From positions 76,057,843-76,121,842 of the forward strand of contig NC_057718.1 of NCBI RefSeq assembly GCF_004010195.1: a stretch of DNA of 64,000 nt, written 5' to 3'. Source of the DNA: Chiloscyllium plagiosum. Lineage: Eukaryota. The position numbers were made by a program, and so were the translations under genes. The notes under the pieces are model-generated. The model did no database searches and was not told the DNA's origin. It saw only the letters and a list, made by a program, of their open reading frames with translations. The stretch's first letter is position 1. Each line of letters begins with the position of its first letter. Below, piece by piece: positions 1 to 13,863 of this stretch.

Positions 1-570
1 GACCAATGAAGTTAGGGCCACTGGGCGGTAGTCATTGAGACATGCTGCATGAGCCTTCTTAGGCACAGGGATGATGTTGGCCCTCTTGAATCAGTCAGGG
101 ACAGTAACGTGCTGCAGGGAGAGGTTGAAGATGTTAGAGAAGACCTCTGCCAGTTGATCTGTGCATGTTCAGAGTGCACAGCCTGGGACTCCAACTGGTC
201 CCATCACTTTCCTTGGATTCACACAAAGGAAAACTGATCTGACCTCTGACGCAGTGACTGTTGGGATAGGTTCATCAGGACTTGTCGGAATAGGTGTTAC
301 ACCTCTGCCGAAGTTCTGCTCAAAGCGAGCATAGAAGGCGTTGAGACGATCTGGGAGGGATGTGTCATCATCTGCTATTTTGTGGGTCCCCTGATCTGAA
401 GGCCTCATGCCTGGTTTTTAACAGGTTATGAATGTCCTGATTCATCCAGGGTTTCCTGTTTGACTTCCTCGAAATGCAGTCCTCCACACACTTGCTGATA
501 AAGTCTGTGATGGTGGTAGCGTACTCGTGCAAGGTACCTGCGGACTGTTTGACAAACTCCAGTATAAATT
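1..570 (-). mobile_element. Rex1/Babar-type LINE fragment (pre-RT region), decayed
   Basis: Minus ORF 169-408 reads LPDRLNAFYARFEQ...VTASEVRSVFLCVNPRKVMGPVGVPG, typical of the Rex1/Babar ORF just upstream of RT. Confidence 0.75.
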
Positions 571-1689
571 AATAAGGTGCAAAGCTTGAACAGGTAATGG
601 GTTTCTGTATGTCAATAGGTACGTGTAAACTACAAACGTAAGTAAGTGGTTATCTTTAACTGGTTGTTTGTACAACTGTTGGCACACTCTTGTTCAGCAA
701 GTGTAGCCCAATGGCAGAATCACATCTAATCATGATATTTTGGTTTGGACTTTGCTAGAGCAGGCTGGTTCAGTATGGTGTATACCCTGCCTATTGTGAA
801 CAGCCAAAAGAATTTGCTGTTGAGGCTATAAATAACTCAGAATAAAAGGAGATCATTTAGTACTACATGGACGAAAAGTTGATAAAGCAAAGACACCAGA
901 CAAGGTGGATTCTGCTTCAGTGTTTCTTTATTGAGAGTTAGAAACATGTAGTTATCATCCTAAAACTAGGATTTATTAGGTAGTGCTCACATTGAATTCA
1001 GAAAATACAGGAGAGGCACTGCTTACAGCATTTTTCTAGTGTGTTGCCAACACAGTCGAGGACTCACTGAAGTGCAGGAGTGTGGCGACAACTCCTCTTC
1101 TGGACACGAGAGGTTTTGATGATTTTTTGGAGACCTTTATTGTTATTATTTTTAAACATGAACTTCTTTGTTATCCCAATTTTCTTTGCCGGAAGAATAC
1201 TGAAGATTAGGGGAAAAAGCTGTTTGGGCAATGTGTTTGGAGCAGAAGGTCTTGCAATGAAATATCTCAAAAACAACTTATAAATGCAGATGAATCTACC
1301 ATTTATATCAATTATTTCAAAATCTCTCCAATAAGAAGTAGCCATTGTTAGAATGAAACCTTCTATAGTAGTACAATTAGTCTGTTATTGTGCCTATTGC
1401 TATTTTGGTAATGAAGATTGACTGGATACCACATCAGATGTTAGTAAGAATGAACGAACTGTGACATGGAAATACTTACACAGGGTTTGAAGTGTAGTGT
1501 AAAGTGCACAGCAACAGTAGGCTTGTAACTTCAAACAATACCACATTTTGGAATCAAAACTTCAGTAAAACAACTTCAAGATACAACAAATGATTCCCAA
1601 ATCTTCATAACAGAAATAAGCCAAACCTTGCAAAAAAAAACTTTGACCATGTTGACTTTACAGAGAAACACCAGCCTCTGACAACACCA

Positions 1690-3110
1690 TTTCGATTTTC
1701 TTTATTCTTTCATGGGACATGTGGGTCACTGACCAGGCAAAGCCAAACAGATATTGTTCAGCTAATTGGCCTGGAAAAGGGTAATAATGAGCTGCTTTCT
1801 CGATCTGTTACCATCATTGGGGAATAGGGAGACCCTCAGTGCTGTGAGAAAGGGAGTTCTAAGATTTTGATCCAGTGACAGGAAGAAACAGCGATGTAGT
1901 TGCAAGTCAGAATTGCGTTGAACTGATGGGAACTGTGCACATGCTGTTTTTTTGAAACCATCCACTGCTCTTGCCCTTCTAGGTGGTAGAAGGTACTACC
2001 AAAGGAGCCTCAGTGAATTACTGCAGTGCATCTCGTTAAAAAAGGTACACACCACTGTCACTGTTAATAGAGAGGGTAAATGTTTGTAGTGGTGAATGGG
2101 GTGATGATCAAGTGTCCTGGATGGTGCCATGTGATGTTGGAGCTGTACCCATATGGTTAAGTAGAAAATATTCCATAACACTCCTGATATGTGCCTTATA
2201 GATAGTGCTCAGGCACTGGGGAATCAAGGGTTGAGTTACTGCAGAATTCCCAGCTTCAGATTGCTCTTGAAGCTATTATTTATATGACTAGTCCAGGTCA
2301 GCTGCTGGTCAATGGTCACCACCAACATCTTGGTGAGAATGTGTATAAGGTATGAGCAGGTAGCGAAAGAGTTAAAGTTTTGGGTTGTATGACAAAGGCT
2401 CAGCTAGCATGACTCTGACCAAATAAGAACTTGTAGTAAACAATCAGGTGCTGGAGGCAAGGGTAGAGGTGAAGAACATCCATTGTGTAATGCCAGATAG
2501 CTTAAACTTTACTATCGATGCTGACTGATTGTAACAGCCACCCAATCAATATAGATGTTGCCTTATTTGATGCTGTTCCCCGTTAGTGACTAGATAATCC
2601 CTTAAGAATCTGCTGTTCGAAAGAAGACCAAGAACTCATGTCTGTGTGTATGTGGGCGATCCCGCCCTCTCCAGGGCGGAGAATAAAGGTGAAGGTGGTA
2701 GAGCCATACTGTGTCTTTGAGCATTTGCTTCGACTGATATGGAAATGGGACGCCTTTGGGAGTTGCCAAATTAATGCTATTAAGAGTCAGAGAGGGATGA
2801 TTAGATTCTCTCTTGTTAAAGATGATCATTGCCTGGCACTTGCATAGCACATATCACTTTCCATGGATCCACCCAAGTCTGGCTGTTATCCAGGTGCATA
2901 TAATCATGGACTGCTTTTGAAATTAAGGAATTAAGATCAGTACTAAACAATGCACATTAGCAGTGAATACCTCCACCTCTGACCTCTGTTGGATGCAAGG
3001 TCATTTATCAAACAACTAATGATGTTTGTTCAGGCAGAGGGCTCTGCCCTGAGGAACATCTGCACTAATATCCTAGGGCAGCGATGTTTAGCATTCAGCA
3101 ATTTTGACTA
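1690..3110 (-). mobile_element. Old CR1/L2-superclade LINE remnant
   Basis: Degenerate similarity, in reverse orientation, to the old LINE copies at 37.9-40.3 kb and 61.7-62.3 kb; boundaries approximate. Confidence 0.45.
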
Positions 3111-4321
3111 CCTTCCCTCCCACTGTGAAATCAGCAAGCATCCCCTCCTCTTGTCTTACAACACCCCAGTCTTAGACAGTACACAATGCAAATCAGTCTC
3201 CGACAATATAGCAACACTCATCATTATTCAAACAATACCACTGAGTCATATTGTAATGTACTAAATAGGGGTCAGTCTTTCTGTCATGCACTAACAAGGA
3301 CACTCAGTTTCTGTCCAATGATTGAACAACATCAGTCTTACTTGAATGTGCTAAATTGGATCTAATGTTTTACCACAAATAAATCTTTGAAACTTCATAT
3401 AAATAATGGATCTTTTGACTCATAACACCAACATAAATGCACTCATTGTCTTCTAGTTCCAGTCTGCTGTATATCTGCATATAAAATGATAGGTCATTCA
3501 TGTCAATGAAGTTTAAATTCTAACAACTTAAAATTTATCAGTACAATACCACAGATTTAAAGACTATATCTCAAAGTTAATTTTGAAAAAGGCAAGCACA
3601 CAAGATGCAGCACAGCAATAACTTCCTTGATTAAATAATAAATGGCAGCTAAACTGATGTGTTTCAATACAAAGTCAAAGCTGGAAACTAGTGCTGGAAA
3701 CAAAGACAAATCCAGTTGCACATTTTATGTGATGAAAGAATGATGGTTAATTTGTCACATTGAAAAGAATCTTTAACAATCTTCCAAAAGTTTCAAACAG
3801 TTTATCCAATATAATAACAATTTCCTGCATTCAAACAACTTTATACTATACTGGGCAAATTATACCATTAATTACCTGGATAGGTTAGACTGAACTGTGC
3901 TACATAAATTAGACAAATGATAGGTTCAATCACCGCTTTGGAGTAAATTGACTGTTGTCAGTTGCAGCACCGAGACAATAATGTTTGGTGAACAGAATGT
4001 CAGCCAACCTTGGCCATCATTCAGTGATTCCCTCTAGGTCATGCACACAATAGGTGCAATCAGATTGGTTATTAGCCTGCATAGCCTGCAAATCCACAAT
4101 CTACATTCTCTGAAGAACGCTTACTGGACAAGGTATCAGGGCAAATGTATTTTGTGGAACTGTTTTGTCATAGCAGTGCAAATCCAGTTACTGGAGAGGT
4201 TTCCCTCTGATTCCCACCCATCAGTTCTACTACAGGCTCCTTGGTGCCATACTAGGTCCAATGTTGCCATGATGCACACTTGGTAACATTAGTGAACCAG
4301 ATGGGTTTTTTAAAAAACAAA

Positions 4322-5052
4322 CCAGTGCAGGACTTGCACAGTTAAAATGTTAGAGCTCTGGGGAGCGTTGTTGAATAGAAGGACCTAAGGGTGCAGATAC
4401 ATAGTTCCTTGAAAGTGGCATTGCAAGTAAACAGGTGAAGGTGGCATTTGGCACGCTTACCTTTATTGGTCAGAGTACTGAGTATAGAAGTTGGGATGTC
4501 ATGTTGCAGCTGCATAGGACCATTGGTGTAGTCATTTTTAGAATACTGCATACAATTCTGGTTGCACTGCTATAGGAAGGATATTGTTAACTAGAAAAGA
4601 GAGCAGAAAAGGTTTACAAGAATATTACCAGGACTGGAGAGAATGGATAGGCTGGAACTTTTTTCCCCTGAAGTGAAGACTGAGGAGTGGCCTTATAGAG
4701 GTTTATAAAGTTAAGAGGGGCATGGATAGGGTGAAAAGGGAAGGTCTTTCTCTAAGCATAGCAAAGTCCAAAACTAAAGGGCATAGGTTTAAGGTGAGAG
4801 GGGAAACTTTAAAAATAGGGATTTTCTTTTCATACAGAGGGTGGTGCTTATATGGAATGAGCTGCTAGATGGAATGGGAGAGGCAGATATAATTATAACA
4901 TCTAAAAGACATTTGGACAGGTATATGAATAGGAAAGGTTTAGGAGGTATATAGACCCTATTCAGGCAAATGGGACTAGTTCAGTTTGGGATACCTGATC
5001 AGCATGGAAGAGTTAAACCGAGGGGTCTGTTGCTATGCTGTATGACTAACTC
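4322..5052 (+). mobile_element. CR1 (HER1-like) LINE 3' fragment
   Basis: Decayed RT C-terminal motifs (DLGVQIHSSLK-like, LEYCIQFW) and a 3' tail like the copy at 26110-27055. Confidence 0.85.
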
Positions 5053-5161
5053 TATAATAATCAACACTGGTTACTTAGTCACCATTAAGGCAGATCATTA
5101 TTCTGAATTTTGTTGAATTCAAATTTCTCCATCTACTACAATGGGATTAAAACCCATGTCC

Positions 5162-5343
5162 AAAAATAAAATCAAAAATGACTGGAAATCTGAAACACAG
5201 AAATCGCTGGAAAATCTCCGCATCTGAGAGATGTTAACATTTCAGGTCCAGTGATCCTGCTTCAGGATTGCAGACTCGAAATGTTAATGCTGATTTCTCT
5301 GACAGACCGGCTAAGATTTTCTAGTAATTTTTGATTTTGTTTC
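5162..5343. mobile_element. Old palindromic Penelope-terminus-like insert
   Basis: Imperfect inverted arms (gatgttaacatttc / gaaatgttaatgc) flanked by the imperfect direct repeat aaac(c/t)catgtcc. Confidence 0.5.
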
Positions 5344-7451
5344 AAACTCATGTCCCCAATCATTAGTTTAGGATTCTGGCTTACTAGTCCAGTGACATTA
5401 CCACTAAATCACTGCCTCCCTCTATTAATTAAGGCATCTTAACCATAGAGGTAGCCTTGGAATACAGTTGTGTCATTCTCTTCCCGTCAGCAGTCACTAA
5501 GTATAAATAACCCCAGACTAATAGCAGCATCAATCCACTTCTGGGTCGACATGGTTAAGATCAAAAAGTTCTGAAGGCTGGTGGTCTTCAGGAGGTACAA
5601 TATTAATTTTGTAATTTGAAAACTCAGAAGGTTTACCATGTAATGAGCTTAGTTTTAATAATAAAATGTCCATTTACTCCATTTCCACGCAGAAGTACAA
5701 GTAACCAGACAGGAGATTTTCAAAATACAAAATATCATTGCAAAGAAATCAACAAGCCAGAATCTTCGAGCAGATGTAAACTATAGTTAGTTCATGATAC
5801 CCATTATCAAAATATAGAACGTATGTATGCAAAATAATGGAACTAATTACTCAGAATAAACTGTTGAACTATGTGCATCTTACTGGACTAGAGTGATGAA
5901 GGAGGAATGGCATTCACTTTACTGACAAATACTTGGACTTTTCAGTTAATTGTCACATAAGATTTCCATAAATCTGGTATCTATCTTCAGTCTTTACAGA
6001 ACACCTGAGAGTTTGGCAAAAAGAAGGAAGCTCTTCAATTGGGCTTGGGAATTGTGGATCTTTTACTAAGATATGCATAATTCAAACTAGGAGCTTTCAT
6101 CCTGTTAATCAAAGTCAACTCACAACATTACAATTAATAGGAAGGCACAAGTCACAACAACAACTAAAAACTCCATATAGTGTTATAGATTCAAGGTATC
6201 AAGGCAAATTTGCACCAGATACTCATTCTTCTGGTTATTTTTCCAGCATGCTTTTGAGAGGCATGTGCTATATACCAACAGGATGGCACTATGTAATCCT
6301 CAGGTCTTTGATTTAGCACTGCAGTCTGTAGACACCACTTTGTAACCATATTCTGACTAGCCCCCTTAGTAACCTCTGAGTATTTATTAAAACACAACTT
6401 AGCTGCACAACTCTGCTACAGCCTCAGCACCCAATTCAACAGCTCAAGGTTTTACCCTTCAATCAACAGTGGTTCCTCATCCCTGTGTCAGAGATTTTGG
6501 TTCCAGTTCCATACAAGACAAGGACTCAAAATCTCGCCTGAGAGGTAGCTGCTTGGTTAGAGGTAAGAATTAAGCTCATGTCCTGGCTGCCTTCTCAAGC
6601 TGGCGCAAAAGACTCAATTAGTGGCGTTCTCCTGGTCAATATTCATCCTTCAACCAGTATCACTAAAAACTGATTAACTTGTGGTCATCACATTGCACAT
6701 ATTAAAAAGGTAAAAAACAAAAAAAAAAGTAAATTGATGTTTTCATACATTATAACACAACTTACATTTCAGAAGTACTACTTTGGCAGTTTCTTTGGAT
6801 ATCCAGAGGTCAAGGTAGACACAATGGAGATACAAGTTTTTCTTTCAAATTAAAGAAACTGGTCATATCAAATATCACATGAACATATAGATAGAAGATC
6901 AGTGCGAGCCTAAATTAAAGGCATGTCACTGATTCTTGACCCTCATTCTCATGCAATTTCAACTAAAACACAAACAGGACATCAGTCCAGATCTGCACCT
7001 GTGATTTTTGGAATGAGCAATCTAAAGTATTACTCCTTGTAGTGATTATTGCTGCTATCTTATTTACATTTAAACTTCCTCAGAAGACATTAGAAACCCT
7101 GTTCCATATCTTTCTTTGGTGGTAGAAAATTACACATTCTAACCATGCTCTGTATAAAGCAGTTTGCTCTTCTGATGGTCCCCCTCAATTCTTGTTGTAA
7201 TCACCTCAAATGTGTTACTGAACACTACCAATTAAAACAATAACTATGTAACTTATCACAAACTTTTCATCTTCGTGAAGACTTTCATCCTTCACCTTAT
7301 GAAATCCAATTAAAAAGACTTACCATTAAAAAAGTATGAGAGATGAAGGGTCCAATGTTTTTAAAATCAACCTGTCCAGATGTATTGTGACACACCTCTT
7401 GAGCAGATGAGATTGAACCCAGGCCTTCTGGTCTCCCTTCATAGAGTCAGT

Positions 7452-7740
7452 GAGTGGCACAGTGGTTAGCACTGCTGCCTCACAACGCCAGAGACCCATG
7501 TTCAATTCCTGCCTCAGGCTGTGTGGAGTTTGCACATTCTCCCAGTGTCTGCGTGGGTTTCTTCCGGGTGCTCCGGTTTCTTCCCACAGTCCAAAGATGT
7601 GCAGGTTAGGTGAATTGACCATGCTAAATTGCCCATAGTGTTAGGTGAAGCGGTAAATGTAGGGGAATGGTTCTGGTTCGAAGGGTCGGTATGGACTTGT
7701 TGGGCCAAAGGGCCTGTTTCCACACTATGTAATCTAATCA
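7452..7740 (+). mobile_element. HE1-type tRNA-derived V-SINE
   Basis: A/B-box-like head (tggcacagtggttagc...gttcaattcc), V-domain (gtgtggagtttgcacattctccc...gggtgctccggtttc), (taatc)n tail. Confidence 0.9.
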
Positions 7741-8270
7741 ACTGTACTGCATGGAAACAGACCCTTTGGTCAAACTCATCCATGTCAATCAGATATCTTA
7801 AATAAATCTAGTCCCATCTGCCAGCACTTGGCCCATATTGCTCTAAATCCTTCCTACTCATATACACTCTCCACCACTTCCTACGGCAGCTCCTTCTATA
7901 CATGCACCACCCTGTGTAAAAAAAAAAGACACCTCTTTAGGTCCCTTTTAAATCTTTCCCTTCTCACCTTAAACCTGTGCCCCCTAGTTTTATACTTTTC
8001 CCCCCCTCCACCACCATCCTGTGTCTCCAACTTTCGAACCATTTCTGTATCCAAAAGGGTAGTTCTCCTCATTCCATCTGATCAAACATTAATAACCAGC
8101 CTACCATGAGGAACCTTGTTGAAAGCTAACTGAAGTCCATACAGATCACATCCACCACTCTGCCCTCATTAATCCTCTTCGGTACTTCTTCAAATAACTC
8201 AAATCAAGTTAATGAGATTTGATTTACTACGGACAAAGCCATGTAGACAATCCCTAAACCAGTCCTCAGA
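7741..8270 (-). mobile_element. CR1 LINE fragments
   Basis: Reverse-complement CR1 3' tail (cf. 26110) plus an RT fragment; the SINE above is inserted in its tail. Confidence 0.75.
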
Positions 8271-10549
8271 GATACTTCTAATCAATCCGGTCAGATGTTA
8301 TGACACACCTCTGAAGCAGGTTGACCTTGAACCCAAGCTTCTGGCCCAGAGATAGGGACACTACCACTACCACAAGCGACCCTTGCCTTCATCTCAGGGG
8401 GGAAAAAAAAGCACCGCAGTGAATTTGCTGCAACAGAAGGCCTAACCTTCTCTTATTATTCTCATTTCCTTCAATATTTACGTGGGCTGTAAAATGGAAT
8501 CATAAATATTCCAAGCTGCTCAAGGAGTGCCATCTGTCAAAAGTTGGCACTGAGCCACAAGTGATATTAGAATATGTGAACAAACGCCACTTTTAAAGTA
8601 GTATAGAAGAGAAAAGAGAACTGGGCAGGGGGAGGTATTAGGTACAAATGTTTGAGTTCTAGATACAAGTAGTTGAAAGTCAACAATGGTAGAATGAAAG
8701 AAATCAAAGGTGCACAAGAGACCAGAATTGAGTTTGTGGAAAGTCTGGGAGGAGATTGCAGAGAAACAGATGGGTGAGGCCAAGGAGGAATTTGACCACC
8801 AGAACAGGAATTGTAAGCTTGAAGCATTGCTGAATTGAGAGCCACTATAAGTGAACAAGCATAAGGACAAAAGGGAGAGTACAGGTTTATAGGTTAGAAA
8901 ATGGAAAGTCAACCAGGAAACTGTGCCCAATGCAATATAAGCCATTCATCAAGTATGACCTTGGGCCTTGGACAAAAACTGAAAATACCTCTACTGTGTG
9001 TTTGTCTTTGGACAAAATCCAAAGATTTACTTTTGTTTCCTCATTTTACACACTAGCATGTGACCTTTATTGAAACCTGTACAGCAGAGTACAGATCTCT
9101 CTGCATCATGATTCCATTTAAGATAATGCCAAAAGATTTTTCCTGTTTCCTTACAAACTGTTTAATAAAAGTTTAAGTTAAAGGAATAGGAATGGGAATC
9201 TGAAATGACATTTTCCAGTGGATATCAAGATCAAATGTAAACCTGATTAAGAACAACTATCACAATAGAGATCAGAATTTAAAATTGGAGACTTTCCTGG
9301 TCTTTACCCCATTTATTCTACATTGGGCAAGCCTTTACTTATTAAGTCACATCACACCACTTTTAATAGCACTATTTTGCAATGATATATTTCAAAAGAC
9401 AATAGGTGCAGAAGTAGGCCATTCTGCCCTTCAAGCCAGCACCACCATTCATTATGATCATGGCTGATCATCCACAATCAGTGTCCTGTTCCTGTCTTAC
9501 CCCCATAAGCCTTGATTCCACTATCCTTAAGAGCTCTATCCAACAAGAAAGGTACAATCTTAATTAAAACCCAACTAAGAACCAATGATATTCTGCATCA
9601 CTTATATATGGATATGTTTGCAAAGCAACAGTATTAATCACATTTTAAGTTAAATGTTATAAACTATTTCCTGTGTTCTCAAAGCTCCACTCTTTTCCCT
9701 TCAGGTATAGATCAGTAGGTATATCAGCCATCTCATGAAGTCAGCAGTTTCACAATATTTTTAGAAACCAACACCAGCAGCAAATGGTTCCTGCTGCATA
9801 CCATAAGCATGTGTGTGAGGTGCAAATACAACAACAATTTATATTTACACAGTGCCTCCAATGTAGTAAAGCACCTCAAGACGTTTCACAGGGGAGTTTG
9901 CAGATATTAGGAGAAGTGAAGCAAGTTTTGAACAGCATCTTAAAGTGGAGAGATAGGGAGAGTGGTGGAGAGGTTCAGAGAAGAATTCTGCAAATAACAG
10001 CCTTCACAGCTGACTGTATGTAGCATTGAGGTGGAGCAATTAAAACTTGGGGTACACAAGAGCTCAGAACTGAATTAGCACAGATATTTGTAGGATTGCA
10101 GGAGGTTATAGAGTTAAGAAAAGGTCAGACAATGGAGTGCATTGCCATCTTGTAACCCATTATTAAATGGAGCAGAGAAGTCTAGTCAGTCATTATGCTG
10201 CTTTCACAGGTCAGTCATACAGTATCAGCTAACATGAAAGGAGGTGGTTACCAAGTGAGACTATAAAAGATTACATTCTCACAAAAGAAACTGTTTCATC
10301 AGAGTGGTTATAGTACCGGCTTAGAAATCAATCCTGAGACGCAGATTCACAGCAGGGTTATGGAACATTAAAACCCAGACCAAAATGTTATGCAAAAGCA
10401 ATAAGGTAGTGGAGTAGCAGCTATGGAAACAACAGGAAGAATAGGTTGCAAATGCAAGGGAATTCTCTATCTTAGCCAGCCTGGAAGTTCCACCAGATTT
10501 CAGCATAATTCAAGACCGCAGCAATCAAATTCATCATCTGAAGGCAGAC

Positions 10550-10645
10550 ATTTAGATGCTTCCATTGACACAGTAGGCACCTACCACTTAAATCTGAGGT
10601 ACGATATCTGTGGGAAAGTCGGTCATATCTAGGAAAAATGTGAAA
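10550..10645 (+). pseudogene. Fossil Gypsy-type gag double zinc knuckle
   Basis: Translates as CFH*HSRHLPLKS, then after a frameshift YDICGKVGHI*EKC, i.e. CX2CX4HX4C spacing with the first Cys mutated to Tyr and an internal stop. Confidence 0.55.
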
Positions 10646-13098
10646 AATCTAGGAAAACATCATTGTGGCAGCTCAGAAACAAGTTTCACTAAGATAAATG
10701 ACATGCTTGGCCCAACAACAGTCCCCAGTGCAGGATAATCAATACTGACCATGGCCTCAATCCAGCACATTGATCTTTTATTAATAAAGTAGCTTTAAAT
10801 ATTAATTGCATGCTGCATGATCTAAACACTAATGTATTCCAGCTCTGTAATCATATACTACTGCTTGTGATCATGTTACGCACCAGATTAAGTCTACTCA
10901 AAGACTTATAATAAAGAAACAAGTTCATCTCCTACACTGCAAAACACAACTATCACAAATATAGCTGAAACTTATAAGTCTGCAACTGTGAAAGTAGGAC
11001 AAAAACAACTCATTCCAATTCCCAATACTGTAGGTTTGTAACAGTCTAAATGAAGCACAAGGTGTTTTTTTTTTGCTGGGTACCATGAAATATTGTTTTG
11101 TTTTCACAAATTATTTCAAATGTGTCATTTATTATCGATCAAGGTGAGAGAGGCTTTAGAATTTGATGTTGCACAAAAACAATATTGATTGCAAGAGGTG
11201 TTAATCTGGACATTAGCATCTGTCAGTACTGGATGTACAATTACTTCAGCATCCCCAGAACAAGAACCAGCAGATTAAACAGGCTTCATTCTGGTGTTAC
11301 TACAGGTCAGTCACACTATACCCAAACATTCACAAATGGCAATTTACAGGAGAAGTCTCAGTATCTTTGGAGCCACAAACAACTTGGAACTAGATCTAGG
11401 TAAAGGTGAGAAAAAAAAAGAATGAGTTTAAGAATACTGTAAAGGAATGACAGTGAGAGCCAAAGAAAGAAACAGACAATATGAATACACTGGTGAAAGT
11501 CAATGAAATATTTTACGGCTAACGTACTCCATATCTGCATCATTGTCACACACATACACACACCCACAATTAGATGCAAATGTATCCAGAGAAGAAATTA
11601 GGAGAGCTAAATATTCCATCGATCCACTTCTGAAACATTTTTTAAAAATTAAAAAAAAAATGGAATACTTTGATTAAGGTCTTGAAGAGAGAGTGCAGAA
11701 CAAATTTACATCACATGGTACCAGAAATTAGGGACTGAAGAATGAGAAAGAGTATTAAATTGAGGTGTTTACATCTATGAATAGTTTTAATAGAATGAAT
11801 AAGTTGAAAATTTTTCAAGTGGAAGTTTTTTTCTTTTTCATTCTGCCACAGGATATGGGTCTAGCATGCAAGGCCAGAATTCTTTTCTAAATGAGTGGCT
11901 TGCAGAGCACTTGCACGTTCCTATGGTTCTGGAGTCACATGCAGGCCCAACCCAGGCAAGGAGGGAAGATTTCCTTTGCTTCATGGCAAGGGGAACCAAA
12001 TTGTGTTGTTTTTAAAAACAAAATGAAATTCCACAGCTGCTAGGTTAGAATTTTAATTCATGACCCCTGAATATTAGATGGGCCGCTGACTTACTAGTCC
12101 TTTACAATACCACTGCACCACCACTTCCCCAATTGGGATCCAAGCTACACAGTTTTAAACCCATTGGCAAAAGAACAAGAGAGAACACAAGGAGTTTTCC
12201 TTTTGAAGGAACAGCAACTTACAATCATCTGGAATGCACTAGCTTGAAGGACGATTGAAGCAGAGTCAAAACTAACTTTCTAACAGGAATTGTATAAATA
12301 TTTGAAGGAGACAAAATTACAGGGTGATGGGAAAAAACAAGTGAGTAGGATTAGTTGGATAGTCCTTCTAAAGAGCTGTATTGTGCAAATAACCTTCTTG
12401 GATGCTGTCGAGTGCTGGGAAGAGTATAGACTGACTACTTGCTTTTCCAAATTATTCGTTTAGCACACTCACTAATGCAGTTACTATGGGCCTAGAATGA
12501 GAATGATTAACAAGTAAAATTTACACTTTAAAAGCAAGAGGTCAGCAGTTCACAGATGCTGCAAATTCTGTGGAAGCGTTTAAACACAACTGAGAAGCTC
12601 ATTAGTGTTAAAGAATTTCTATTATTTATTTACAAAGTCTAAGCATTGCTGACAAGGACAACAATTAATGCCCATCTCTAAAAGGGTCATTTTGAGTTAC
12701 CTCCTTGAAGCGCTGTAGTCCATGATGTGTAGGTACACCCACAGAGCTTTCAGGGAGAAAGCAGCAGCATTATCACCCAGTAAATAATGGTTATAGGTAC
12801 GGCTATTGCAAATGGTGTCACACAGCTAGATTTCTGAAATTGCATCTAAGCAAATACCAGCAAAAGAAGCACAGAGTCAATAAAGTGTGGCGCTAGTAAA
12901 AATACAGCAGGCCATTCTGCCTGATTGGCTGTGCTTTTTCTAGTTTATCAACTGACTTCTCCAGCATCTGCAGTTCTCACTATCTCCGAAAAAAAGAAAC
13001 TTTGCCTTTTAAACACTAGTTAACCAGCTAAGTATAAGATTGTTAAATCATTATGAAGTTGAAAACCTTTAATAAATGTAGAATGGAGAAGCAGAAAC

Positions 13099-13297
13099 GA
13101 GCTGAAAATGTGTGTTGCTGGAACAGCGCAGCAGGTCAGGCAGCATCCAGGGAACAGGAGAATCGACATTCAGGAAGAAGGGCTTATGCCCGAAACGTCG
13201 ATTCTCCTGTTCCCTGGATGCTGCCTGACCTGCTGCGCTGCTCCAGCAACACATTTTCAGCTCTGATCTCCAGCATCTGCAGTCCTCACTTTCTCCC
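13099..13297 (+). mobile_element. Short palindromic Penelope-derived element
   Basis: Inverted arms (tgttgctggaacagcgcagcaggtcaggcagcatcc / ggatgctgcctgacctgctgcgctgctccagcaaca); 15-bp TSD tggagaagcagaaac at 13084-13098 and 13298-13312. Confidence 0.85.
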
Positions 13298-13863
13298 TGG
13301 AGAAGCAGAAACCATAGCTTCAGCAATTGAAACACTTCACCATACCAACATGGAGAAAGTATATTGCACATTCACAAACCAATTTCACCCCTCAGTTAGA
13401 TATAGCAGAAACCTACCAAATAGACTAGGTGTAACATCTGTCTGTGCCAGACATTTTATTATATTACAAAATCCTCCATAGGAAAATTATAAATTAAAGT
13501 ATGGCAGCAAGCCACATGAAAAGGCAGACTACTTTCAAATTACAAAAAGTGTGGTCAGAGGAACATTTTAAGGGGACTTTAAAGAAAGAGAGGCAAACAG
13601 ATACACACAAAGTGAATTCCAGAGCTTGAGGCCTAGTCAATCCAAAGGCACTTGCACCAAAGTGCAGCAATTATAACTGGGGGTGCACAAGAGAGTAGGA
13701 TTACAGCATCTGAGCATTGTGGGACACGAGGAAACAAGGATAAGAATTTTAAAGTCAAAAACATTATTTGACGAGGAGCTAATGTGAATTATTGAGCACA
13801 TGGGTAACAGAGGAATGGGAGTTGTTGCAAGGCTTCAGAGCTTTGATGGCCTCAAGTTTATAG

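Noticed and set aside
7452..7515. tRNA genes at the SINE heads
   Set aside because: The A/B-box regions continue into the V-domain and LINE-derived tail, so they are SINEs
8470..8495. Partial reverse-complement match to miR-16 (caatatttacgtg)
   Set aside because: The seed end does not match and there is no convincing precursor hairpin
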